A stretch of DNA of 64,000 nt. Source: Pristiophorus japonicus (lineage: Eukaryota). A model generated the notes under the pieces. It saw nothing but the letters and a program-made list of their open reading frames with translations. It searched no databases and was not told the DNA's origin. Location: positions 50,964,001-51,028,000 of the forward strand of contig NC_091980.1 in the NCBI RefSeq assembly GCF_044704955.1, in the 5' to 3' direction. A program made the translations under genes and the position numbers. Shown in pieces: positions 13,075 to 25,361 of the stretch. Every line of letters starts with the position of its first letter. The first letter of the stretch is position 1.

Positions 13075-15432
13075 GGAGTAGGCCATTTGGCCCCTCGAGC
13101 CTGCTCCGCCACCATTCAATAAGGTCATGGCTGATCTGATCATGGACTTAGCTCCACCTCACTTCCCGCTCCCCATAACCCTTTACTCCCTTGTTGCCCA
13201 AAAATCTGTCCATATCTCTGCTTTAAATATATTCAACTACAGCTCTCTAGGTCAGAGAATTCCATAGATTTACAACCTTCTGAGAGAAGAAATTTCTCCT
13301 CATCTCAGTTTTAAATGGGTGACCCCTTATTCTAAGATTATGTCCACTAGTTTTAGTTTCTCCTATGAGTGGAAATATCCTCTCTGCATACACCTTGTCG
13401 AGCTCCCTCATTATCTTATAAGTTTCAATAAGATCACCTCTCATTCTTCTGAACTCCAATGTGTATAAGCTCAACCTATCCTCATAAGTCAACCCCCTCA
13501 TCTCCGGAATCAACCTAGTGAACCTTCGCTGGACAACCTCCAATGCAAGTATATACTTCCTTAAACACGGAGACCAAAACTGTACGCTGTACTCCAGGTG
13601 TGGCCTCACCAATACCCTGTACAGTTGTAGCAGGACTTCTCTGCTTTTATACTCTATCTCCCTTGCAATAAAGGCCAACATTCCATTTGCCTTCCTGATT
13701 ACTTGCTGTACCTGCACATACTAACTTTTTGTGTTTCATGCACAAGGACCCCTAGGTCTCACTGTACTGCAGCACTTTGCAGTTTTTCTCCATTTAAATT
13801 ATAATTTGCTTTTCTATTATTTCTGCCAAAGTGGGTAACCCCACATTATACTCCATCTGCCAAATTTTTGCCCACTCACTTAGCCTGTCTATATTCCTTT
13901 GCAGATTGTTTGTGTCTTCCTCACAATTTGCTTTCCCCCCATCTTTCTATCATCGGCAAACTTGGCTCTCTTACACTCAGCCCCTTCATCCAAGTCATTG
14001 ATATAGATTGTAAATAGTTGAGGATCCAGTACCGATCCCTGCGGCACCCCACTAGTCACTGTTTGCCAAATGGAAAATGACCCATTTATCCCGAATCGCC
14101 GTTTTCTGTTAGTTAACCAATCCTCTATCCATGCTAATATATTACCCCCAACCCCGTGAGTTTTTATCTTGTGCAGTAACCTCTTATGTGGCACCTTATC
14201 GAATGTCTTTTGGAAATCCAAATACACCACATCTACTGGTTCCCCCTTATCCACCCTACTCGTTACATCCTCAAAGAGCTCCAGCAAATTTGTCAAACGT
14301 GACTTCTCTTTCATGAAACCATGCTGACTCTGCTTGATTGAATCATGCTTTTCCAAATGTCCCGCTACTGCTTCCTTAATAATGGACTCCAGCATTTTCC
14401 CAACGACAGATGTTAGGCTAACTGGTCGATAGTTCCCTGCTTTTTGTCTGCCTCCTTTTTTAAATAGGGGTGTTATATTTGCGGTTTTCCAATCTGCTGG
14501 GACCGTCCCAGAATCCAGGCAATTTTTGTAGATTACAACCAATGCATCCACTATCTCTGCAGTCACTTCTCATAAGTCCCTAGGATGTAAGCTATCAGGT
14601 CCAGGGGACTTGTCCACCTTTTGTCCCATTAGTTTACCTAGTACTACTTCATTAGTGATAGTAATTGTATTAAATTCCTCCCTCCCTATACCCTCTTGAT
14701 TATCCACTATTGGGATGTTTTTAGTGTGAAGACCAATACAAAATATTTGTTCAACGTCTCTGCCATTTCCCTGTTCTCCATTATTAATTCCCCAGTCTCA
14801 TCCTCCAGAAGACCAACATTTACTTTAGCCACACTTTTCCTTTTTATATACCTGTAGAAACTCTTACTATCTGTTTTATATTTCGTGCTAGTTTACTTTC
14901 ATAATCTATCTTCCCTCTCTTAATCATTTTTTTAGTCGTTCTCTGCTGGCTTTTAAAAATTTCCCAATCCTCTGGCCTCCCACTAGTCTTGGCCACATTG
15001 TATGCCTTTATTTTCAATTTGATATCTCCCTTATTTCCTTAGTTAACCACGGATGGTTATCCCTTCTCTTACAGTCTTTCCTTCTCATTGGAATATATTT
15101 TTGTTGCGAGTTATGAAATATCTCCTTAATTGTCTGGTGCTGCTCATCAACCGTCCCATTCTTTAGTCTATTTTCCCAGTCCGTTTTAGGCAACTCTGCC
15201 CTCATACCTTTGTAGTCTCCTTTATTTAAGCTTAGGACCCTGGTTTGAGAACCAACTTTCTCAGCCTCCAACTGAATTTGAAATTCAACCATATTATGGT
15301 CACTCATTCCTAGAGGATCTTTTACTATGAGATCATTGATTAATCCTGCCTCATTACACATACTAGATCTAAGATAGCCTGCTTCCTAGTTAGTTCCATA
15401 ACATACTGTTCAAGGAAACTATCCTGGATACA
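13075..15432 (-). mobile_element. CR1 LINE, 5'-truncated ORF2 (end of APE + RT)
   Basis: [52 protein letters not shown]. Confidence 0.92.
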
Positions 15433-15435
15433 CTT

Positions 15436-18365
15436 TTTGAATATATTTAAGGTAGAGATAGACAGACTTTTGAGCGATAAGGGAGTGAAGAGTCTAATGT
15501 CTTGAGACTGACTTTCTTTTATTGTTAGATAATACAGCCCAGTTTGTAATTTTAACAGGCAGGGAAGTGGAGCTGAGCCCAAGATCAGATCAGTCATGAT
15601 CTTATTGAATGGCGGAGCAGGTTCTGGGGGCCAAATGGCCTACTGCTGCCCCTATTTCTTATGTTCTTATGTAACAGAGGGGGTTGATGAGGGCAATGCG
15701 GTTGAAATGGTGTACATGGATTTCCAACAAAGTTCCACAAAGTGCCATATGCAAAGCTAAAGCCCATGGAATAAAAGGGACAGTGGCAGCATGGATATGA
15801 ATTTGGCCCAGTGAAAGGAAACAGAGTAGTGATGAATGGTTGTTTTTCGGACTGGTGGAAGGTATACAGTGGTGTTCCCCAGGGGATCGGTTCTAGGACC
15901 ACTGCTATTCCTGATATATATTAATGGCTTGGATGTGGGTGTACAGGGCTCAGTTTCAAATTTTTCAGATGACCCAAACTTGGAAGTATAGTGAACAGTG
16001 AGGAGAATAGTGATAAACTTCAAGAGGACGTAGACAAGCTGGTGGAATGGCGGACCCGTGGCAGATGAAATTTAATGCAGAAAAGTGCGAAGTGATACAT
16101 TTTGGTAGAAAGAATGTGGAGAGGAAATAAAAACTAATGGGGACAATCCTAATGGGAATGCATGAATAAAGAGACGTAGGGGTACATGTGCACAAATTGT
16201 TGAAGGTGGCAGTGTAGGTTGAAAAATTATGACAAACCTGTATAAAACACTGGTTTGGCCTCAACTGGAGTATTGTGTCCAGTTCTGGCCATCGCATTTT
16301 AGGAAAGATGCGAAGATCTTGGAGATGGTGCAGAAAAGAGTTACGAGAATGACTTGAGGGATGAGGGACTTCAGTTATGGGGGTAAACTGGAGAGACTGG
16401 GGTTGTTCTCAGAGCAGAAAAGATTGAAAAGAGATTTAATCTAAATGTTCAAAATCATAAGTGGTCTGGACAGTGTAGATAGAGAGAAAATACTCCAATT
16501 GGCAGAACGGTCGAGAACCAGAGGACACAGATTTAAGGTTATTGGCAAAAGCACCAAAGGCGACGTAAACCTTTTTATGCAGCGAGTGGTTTGGATCTGG
16601 AATGCACTGCCTGAAAGGGTGGTGGAGTCTGCCTCCATCATGGCTTTCAAAAGGGAGTTGGATAAGTACATGAAGGAAAATAATTTGCAGGGCTACGGAG
16701 AAAGGGAAGTGAGACTAGCTGAAATGCTCGTGCAGAGAACCGGCGTGGGCTCGACGTGCCAATTCTTCCTTGCTGTAACCATGCTATGATTCTATGACCA
16801 CACATGACATTGTGTGAGCAGTTTTGGGCACCACACCTTAGGAAAGATATATTGGCCTTAGAGGGTGTGCAGCGTAGATTTGCCAGAATGATACTTGGAC
16901 TCCAAGGGTTAAATTATGAGGAGAGGTTAGGGTTGTATTCCCTGAATTTTCAAGCTGTTGAGGGGAACTGATAGAATAGATAGAGATAAACTATTTCCGC
17001 TGGTAAGGGAGTCTAGGAATAGGGGGCATAGTCTAAAAATTAGAGCCAAGACTTTCAGGAGTGAAGTTCGGAAGCACTTCTACACGCAAAGGTTGGTAGA
17101 AGTTTGGAACCTTTTTCCGCAAACCGCAATTGATGCTAGGTCAATTGATAATTTTAAATCTGAGATTGATTTTTTTTAACCTAAGGTATTAAGGGATATG
17201 GGGCAAAGGCGAGTATATGGAGTTAGGTCACAGCCCTGATCTCATTGAATGGGGGAACAGGCTCAAGGGGCTAAATGGCCTACTCCTGTTCCTAAGATAT
17301 TCTAGCAAACACTGCTCTTGTCACCCCAAGGTTGAAGCTTTGTTGAAAGCATATAGCACAACGGAATTTAAAGCATGTCTGGAGTACTGTTGAGGTATGG
17401 TGATATAGGTAAAAGGCATAAAGATTATTGTGACATTGGGCATATATGATATTGTCATGTCACTTAGTGCATCACAATATAGCAGCAGTCTCGGGTTCAG
17501 TTTAACTGATCTCAATTAGAGCAGTGGTAAGCTATTAGTTACATTTTAATTATTGACAGGCATAACAGGATTTAAGTTTATCTTCATAATTTTTCTCATG
17601 GTATATTCTTCAATATACCAAGGTCATGAAAGGATAGCACCAAGCAGAGATGAGGCATTTCCTGGGGTTCACATGCACAGATCTTTGAAGGTGGCCGGAT
17701 TAGTTGATAAAACTGTTGAAAGAACATCTGGGATCCTTGGCTTTATAAATAGAGGCATAGGATACAAAAAGAAGGAAATTATGCTAATCATTTATAAATC
17801 ACTGATTAGTCCTCAGCTAGAGTATTGTGCAAATTCTATTCACCACACTTTAGGAAGCACATCAAGACCCTGGAGAGGGTGCAGAGGAGATTTACCAGAA
17901 TTATACCAGTGATAAGGGACCTCATTTAAGTGGAGCGACTAGAGAAGCTGGATTGTACTCTTTAGAGCAGAGGAGGTTAAGGGAAGATTTAATAGAGGTG
18001 CTGAAAATGAATGAGGATTTTGATCGAGTAAATAAGGAGAAACTATTTCCACTGGCAGGTGGATCGGCAACCAGAGGACACAGATTTAAGCTAATTGGCA
18101 AAAAGAACGCAGAGGAGATGAGGTGAAATGTTTTTACGCAGTGAGTTGTTATGATCTGAAATTCATTGCCTGAAAAGGTTATGGGAGCAGATTGAATAGT
18201 AACTTTCAAAAGGATTTGGATATATACTTGAAAATGAAAAATTTGCAGAGCTGTGATGAAAGAGCAAGGGGAGGTGGGACTAATTGATAGCTTTTTGAAA
18301 CAGCTGGCACAGGCACAGTGGGCCAAATAGCCTGCTTCTGTGCTATATGATTTTATGATTCTATT
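15436..18365 (+). mobile_element. Cluster of several + strand CR1 fragments (~15436-15670, 15672-16796, 16800-17293, 17660-18365)
   Basis: Repeated CR1 RT and C-terminal motifs (TRGHRFK, WNALP, QLEYC) and CTATG-type tails. Confidence 0.85.
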
Positions 18366-18619
18366 TCTTTATCTAAATCTGAAGCTGGTTTTTGTGGAGA
18401 ACCTAATATAAGGAAATGCTAGTTTTCTTTGCATGTTATAACTCTGATAACACCAGTATATTAGATTAGATTTTGCTGCTGTTATTTTATTTCAGTTTAG
18501 AAATTAATCATTTTATATTTCTTAACCTCCTAACAATTCATATCTTTATATTTTTTAATCTCATTGACTTTTCCTTTCATGAACCTCATTAACGTAACAA
18601 TGATTATCTCTTATGCTAG

Positions 18620-18955
18620 TGTATTGTGTTACTGCAGCCCAAAGGGATGGTAGGTATAGAGAGCCACCACCCACTCCTCCGGGATACGTGGGAATTCCAA
18701 TAGCAGATGTTAAGGAAGGAGGACATCACCATCCGCACTTAAAACCTCCAGACTATAGCGTGGCATTGCAAAGGTCACGGATGGTAACACAGATGTGTGA
18801 CCCAACTAGACTGCCGCCGATTCCCATTGCTAGCCAACCTACGTCAAGCAACCAACCTAAAGGTCTGGGCCTACCTCAGTGGCGTAAACTCTCTGAGTCC
18901 GACCCTAGACTAGTACAGCCTAACCACCAGGGTTTTCAAGATAACGAAGATGATG
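18620..18955 (+). CDS. RAPGEF6: RAPGEF6 penultimate coding exon (phase 1 to 1)
   Basis: Acceptor atgctag|TG and donor GATG|gtagg. Joins to give EKGLI-VYCVT. Contains [12 protein letters not shown] and [14 protein letters not shown] (two PY motifs); ADVKEG and [10 protein letters not shown] favour RAPGEF6 over RAPGEF2. Confidence 0.92.
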
Positions 18956-20676
18956 GTAGGTTGCCCATTCGTAAGAACCCTTAGAAGTAAAATAAGTAGC
19001 CTCTAGTAATTACTCAATATTCATTGGTCTAACTTTAATTCAGTCATTTTGTGTAGTAGCTGAAGTCACTTGATTAGTAAATGACATAGAGCATCTTGTG
19101 TTATAAAGTAGAATTAAGTATTCTAAAATTTAGTCATCTTTGAGCAAAATCCTTTAAAACATCTTTGTACTCAAAGTTTTCACCTGTATTTTTGGAATAA
19201 ACCCCAACATATCTCTTTTGTCTACTCAGCGACACACAAATCTCAGCTATGAGTGTGAATGTAGTGATGGTTTTTTGAGTGGTCTATTTGAAGTGCTCTA
19301 CTAAAACCAATCTAAGCAGGCTGCCAGAAGGTTCTCCGCAAGAGCCCAGAGACAGCTCTCCTGCTGATTTTCTTCTCCTTCTGCTCTGACGAGAAATGTC
19401 TGGCCTAGGCTTGACTTATTTTCATGACAAAGCAACAGAGGTCAGGGATTCAGCACTGTGCCAGACTATGCCTGTGCCTCCCAACTCCATGATACATTGG
19501 GCCCCAAAATACTGTACTATCCAGAATTGTATTTATTTCTAAAGGATTTATCATTAAAAAATAGTTCTTGAACCAAACTAATTAGCAAGTTTTTAAAATT
19601 CTGAATATATAGATCATTGTTGAAGTTTTTATTGATTCTGCTACCGGCCCAATTTCGAGGTCTTTCTGTCCCCAGTCATTCTCAAACTAACTGAGTTTCT
19701 GTTAAATTTTGGATCTGGTGACAACGAACACAATTAGTGAGGAGGACGCGCCTCATTTCATATACCATGTAACTCCTCTCATTGCGAGACCAGCACAAGC
19801 TCAGTTTACATGAAGATCCCAGTGTGAAAGTAATTTTCAATCCAACAGTTGCTAAATGGTTTCCATTTCCATTTGTAAATATTGTTCACTTTTCCATTTA
19901 ACACACGTATTCCATTTTAGCCTCCCTGTTAAATGTTTATTTTACATTTAAAATCTAATTACTGTTTCATTGTTACACTATTCGTATTCTGAGGTGATTT
20001 GTGTTATTTTTCTGTTTAATTCAGTAATGTGTTGTAATTGAATGCACTGAAGTGCTAAGCTCTATCATCTTGTTACAATCCTAGACATAATAGAATTATT
20101 CAATCATAGTTAAATAAGTGTATTTAGTTTCTAAGCACATTTTTGCAATTCCCAATTTCTTTAGCAGTAGTTGAAGTGTTCTGTCTCATGCAAGGTTATA
20201 AGTATGATTTGTCTATGTTCACCTATTGCAGATAACAGGATTCTGTTACTCGTTTTTAAAATATATATTAGATTAACAATTGCCTGCTAATCAACCACAA
20301 ATTATTTTTCAAACTTTCAAGAATTATAGCATAATTGTCAATTAGCTATTAGTCCTTCAGTGTGAACATTATGACACATATTGTCAACACTAAAAAGATG
20401 TAACATTGAATAAAACCACCTACTGCAGTCAACAGTAGAGATAATTTATATGGTTCTGATTTCAAAGCAATAATCTAATCTAAGCAGATTACTGCTTTAT
20501 TTCCGATTATTTCTGAATGTGGTAACATTTATCTTTATGCATAAAATGGCTCCATTGAAATGAATTTCCGCTCATTATCCTAATCGCTTCTTTAAATCGA
20601 AATGTCTCACGTTTACAGTTTAGTCTTGGTACAAAATTGGGTAGTGAAATAATGAAATATCTCCTCCATTTTACAG

Positions 20677-20702
20677 AAGACGAGCAGGTTTCTGCAGTTT
20701 GA
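20677..20702 (+). CDS. RAPGEF6: RAPGEF6 last coding exon
   Basis: Acceptor ccattttacag|AA. Completes E-D-E-Q-V-S-A-V-TGA, the class I PDZ-binding C-terminus of RAPGEF2/6. Confidence 0.92.
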
Positions 20703-21446
20703 TACTTGGAACCTTTCAGGTTACCACTGCGACAGTGGAACACAGGACAGCTAAGGACCACATTTATCTTTTTCAGAATGCAGGCAGCTGCTTTTTTCAT
20801 TCTTTCTGCCTTAAAGTACACCTTCTGCGTGTCATGTGCTGCATGTGGCAAGACCATGAAGACCCGTCCACGTTGTCTTTGAGTAAACAGTAATTAAATC
20901 AAATACACTTTAGTTTTCCAAGCTTGTAAAGCAGCATTCAACCCTGCTATCTGAAGTACAGTACTTGGTAAATTTAAGTTTGCCAAATTCTTTTTCATTT
21001 TGGAAGTATTAGATGTTAGGCTGTAAGGTAGTTTTAATTAATGAATTGTATTGTAATTTAATCTCTTGTGCATATTTTGAATATGAGCATTAGTATACAA
21101 ATAACTAGACTGGTTTGGGTTAGCAATCCTTCAGCCACGAGATGCTACATAGGTAGTAGCCAAATAACAATGGTAAATTATATATTGCGCACCCCAAACA
21201 GGATATAACATTCTCCATTGCTCCTCAATGTGTATTCTGTTTATACCACAGTTTAGTAATTAACATTAAAATACAAATTAGTGTCTATTCAATTTTAATG
21301 GAAGCCGCATTGACACATATTTGGCACACTGATTTTAGTGGCATCAGTTGTAAATTGTTCTTGTTGCTCACAGTGCCTTGTGCTGTCAAGTAGCAGAATA
21401 CATAATCGGTTGGTATAAATTCAGTTATAAGCTTCTAAAACACTGT

Positions 21447-22062
21447 GGGAGAGGAAATTGCCCTATTTTTGGCAGATAATTTGAATTTTTGCCACCCGGC
21501 GGGAGACGGATAAAAGCGCGGGGAAATTGAGCTGTTAGTTTTGAAAACCGGCTCCCAGCGCTTTTGGGCGCTGTTCGAGGCAGTGGAGGGGCAGGAGCGG
21601 GCTGGTGTCCATCAGTGCCACGCAGACGGTCGCATTTACGCGTCGCACCATCCCTCCCCTTCATTTAAAGGGGAGGGACACTGTGAGGCCTCCGTGGCAT
21701 CCACTGAGCCATCAGGGAGGGGTTTGGCCAGGCCAGTGGCCCAGCACGCAAGTTGGCGGCCCGGCCAAACCAGCAGCCGCCATTGTCGGACCAACTGCAG
21801 AGTCGGCTGACAATTTTTTTAAAAATGGTGGCCGTGGCGGTGCACCCTCCCCTTTAAGAGGGGCCGCACCGCTCAACCACTCACAAAGCTGTCAGTGGCA
21901 CCAACCAGCGGCAGCCCGCTCCCACAGGGCAATTCCCCCCACAGGGTTAGGGCGGGGCGGGAAACATGAGGTGCAGCGGAAACTTGTTTCCGTCGCCAGT
22001 GGGTGGAAAGGCCTTACCGTCCTGTTACCTGTTGGCTTTAAAAAGGGGGCAATTTTGGCCCC
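21447..22062. mobile_element. GC-rich Harbinger-like MITE inserted in the 3' UTR
   Basis: Imperfect TIRs GGGAGAGGAAATTGCCC and GGGCAATTTTGGCCCC, with TGT on both flanks (possible 3-bp TSD). Confidence 0.65.
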
Positions 22063-23588
22063 TGTGTGCACAAACAAGATAGGAGTCTGTCTGGATTAGA
22101 CAGCTGTTCTGCACTAAGCCAAGGCCAGATGAAGATGGTCTATTTATAGCTACAGAAGTGGCTTATGAGGAAATCAATGGTTCCTTATTTCACTGTCAGA
22201 GCAACACTGCAGATATGCTAATCATTGAAAGCATTTGTGTTATGTGATTGCTTAAAATTCTATTTAAATATGCCAGTGTTTGCTTGGGCTGTTGAGCTAT
22301 GCAGGAAAATAAATTGCAGTTTTTTAGTTACCTAGGATGCAGTTTAGCTCACATTGTTAATTTTTAATCATTGCATCTTCATTCTTTGCATTAGTTAACT
22401 AATCCTATCTTCTCCAAAACTCTATTGAACAGTAGATACAGATTATTCATCCCTAGAATTACTTCTTTAAGGCATTCAAAATCTAGTAGTTTTTAATTAC
22501 TTATTTGATGGTCTAGTTATTTGTATGTGTATCTGATCATATATGTGACTGGAAAAACTTTACTTTCATCAAGAGCAGCCTCTGACGTCTTTATTTCTTA
22601 CATTGGATAGTAGTTGTGTAATGACATTACTTGACTTTTTAAAAAATCATTTAACTGTGGCATTGTCTTCACACCTTAATTGGTGAGGAAAGTTTACAAG
22701 GTGAGCAAGGTAAAGTTATTATATTTAATTTTTTGCCAGAATTAATTTTAGTTTCCCAGATTGTGATTGGCCATTATTTATGGTCAGGAATCTTGGGAAT
22801 GGTTCCTTGTGCCTTTATTTAATAGTAGGGGCAGCAAGGTTTTTGAAACCAAATAGTAAATTAAAACAAGTACAGTATTATGATCGCCAGAAACTTCCTT
22901 CTTAAAGGACTAAAAGGCTTCCTGCCCCTTAAGTGTAAATAAATGGAGATATAAAAAGATAAATAAGAAAAAAACTAAATCCTGATTAGTTTTCTTTATA
23001 TTCAGATTACAGTGTGGCTTGCGTCTGCTTGTCCTACTCTGTGACTGTTTGGAAATTTAGCTGATCATATTGATCAGTTTGTTCAACAAAGATTGTGTAG
23101 AATTCATAGTAGCAAATCTTTTCAGTGCTTTATTTAAATCTAATTTAAAACTCTTCAGCATTAGGTGATTGTTTGCATTTTTCACAATCATTTGTTAATG
23201 GTAATTTGGGCTTTATTTTTGATATATATAAATATATATAACTGGAGTGCACTTCATGGACTATGTATTCATATCAAATCGGGCGTAAGGTGTATTGAAT
23301 AAGCTGCACAATCATTGTAAGCATACAGGTATTAGAGAAATATTCAACACATGTCCATTCACAAAGAAAAAAAGTAATTGTAAAGTATAATGTAATATCA
23401 ACTAATGTTTTTTTCTCATACTTTTGATACTACTTGTAACTTATGTCTTTTAGAAAGACAGTTGGTGTCTGTATGCTTTTTTTGTACTTTTATCAGTGAT
23501 TGTACATATTTGTTATATTTTTGTTGAACAAATGTTATAAAATGTATTGTTTATTTCTTCAGATTCCATTGAAATGAAGTTGTAAACC

Positions 23589-23598
23589 AATAAATAAA
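23589..23598 (+). terminator. Polyadenylation signal (overlapping AATAAATAAA)
   Basis: Located at the end of the UTR-like tract, with downstream T-rich elements. Confidence 0.55.
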
Positions 23599-25005
23599 TG
23601 ATGTATGACCATAGTCTTTTTTAATAGCATATTCATGTTTTTTTTTAAATCATGTTCTGGGTGAATGTTGGAACCTAGTTTGTGCCCATGATTTCCCATA
23701 TTGTAACTTAGTGCATGGTATGAAAGAAAGTGAATTTAAAAACAAAATAATTAGTCAACTTCAAAGCCATATGATTACACAAGTCAGGGTTAATGTTATA
23801 AGTGAATGGAATGGAACACTTTCCAATTTCAAGTGCTCGTTGTCCACATCAAGCACTCCCAGGTGACAGCTGACAGGGAAGCTCTCTCTACTCGACCACA
23901 TCAATATGTCTTCACTCCAGCCTTAGAACAGCACTTCTTACTGCACAACTGTGACATATCCATTTCCCATCCCCAAGGTCCTTCTAAATGTTTCCCTACA
24001 TTACAAAAGTAACTGCATTTCAAAAGTACTTCATTGGCTGTGAAGTGCTTTGGGACATCCTAAGGTAATGAAAGGCTCTATCAATATAAGTTTATTTGTT
24101 AAATTAGATTGAAAAATTCGGGCAGTTTTGAGTTGTGGGCCCATGCTCACTTGGGATTGAGTTGGAATTTCCCAAATCCATGTTAGATTCTCTGACAGCT
24201 AGAAATAGAAAAGTGCCATGGTGGAAGAGCAGCAGTATGCTAACACACTACCCATCCTCTTTTTAAGGTGTTTTTCTCATTATTGTTTCAGTCTCATCAC
24301 TTAACCCACAATCCACTGTTGGGAAAGTGCAGGAATAACGAGCTATTCAAAACATCAATGCAAAGGAGCTATACAAGAACAGGCACAGAATTTTTTTTCT
24401 TTGCCTTAAATTACATAATTTACAGGGGGTATTGCTGTTTGAACAGGAGTGTCAGCGCAAAAGATGAGTTACAGTATGACTCAAACAACAACATTATTGT
24501 TATGTGAGTGTCTGAAACTTGAAAGTATCAGCATCACACCTGATCAATTTTCGGAAATACTTTACAAGAAGTGAGGATATCCCTTCAATGCGTATCCATG
24601 CTCCGAGCTTTCTGTTCTCTACTTGGATTTCCTAAAGAAAAGGAGCATCCTGGAAACTGCCATCTATCCAAACCTGCATGTCTCAAAATTTACTACTATG
24701 TTTAATGACTCTCAAGTGCTTTCTACAGATGCTCATTTAATCTTTTCTCTAAACACATTTATTTTTTTTAAAAAGATGTCCTCTGAGACACATTTTTTTC
24801 ATAACTCAAGTTGATACTGATATTTTTTGCACCAACAATTGGGATGGGACTGTTTCCCATTGCTCTACTGGAATTTATGTTTTTGCAAAGCAGGATTAAG
24901 AGATTTAGTGTACAGAGATTGTTAAAATGCTTTCATAATTAAAGTATAACTATTCAGATTTTTTTTTTGTATTTTACATAGATCAGTCAGTACGCTACAT
25001 TCATT

Positions 25006-25361
25006 TACAACGTCTCAAATCCGGCTATCCAAAAATTGGAATTGTCCAAAAACCGGACATTTTTGAGAAAATCCCATTTGATATTCAGTAAAATAAAATC
25101 CGGAATTATTGTTCAAAAATCGGCGAACCGGACTAGTTATCAGCTTCGGGGATGCGGAGGATCCTCTTTGGAGAAATCTTGACAGATCGGAAAAGCTGGT
25201 TTTCGACGCATGCGCATTGCGCCCCGCCAGTTCCGTGTGCATGTCATACGGACCTAGCGAGGAATTTTCGGGCTATAGATTTTCTTGTCTGAAATCCGGA
25301 AAAATATGAAAACCAGCATGGTCTCGGTCCCAAGGTTGCCGGATTTGAGACGTTGTACCTG
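25006..25361. mobile_element. Tc1/mariner (Tigger-like) MITE
   Basis: Inverted termini TACAACGTCTCAAATCCGGC and GCCGGATTTGAGACGTTGTACCTG, with TA after the right end. The left end has lost its outer bases. Confidence 0.7.

Larger units (their letters stand above)
20703..23615 (+). other. Probable RAPGEF6 3' UTR (~2.9 kb)
   Basis: AT/U-rich and largely repeat-free, ending at overlapping AATAAA hexamers followed by T-rich sequence. Confidence 0.6.
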
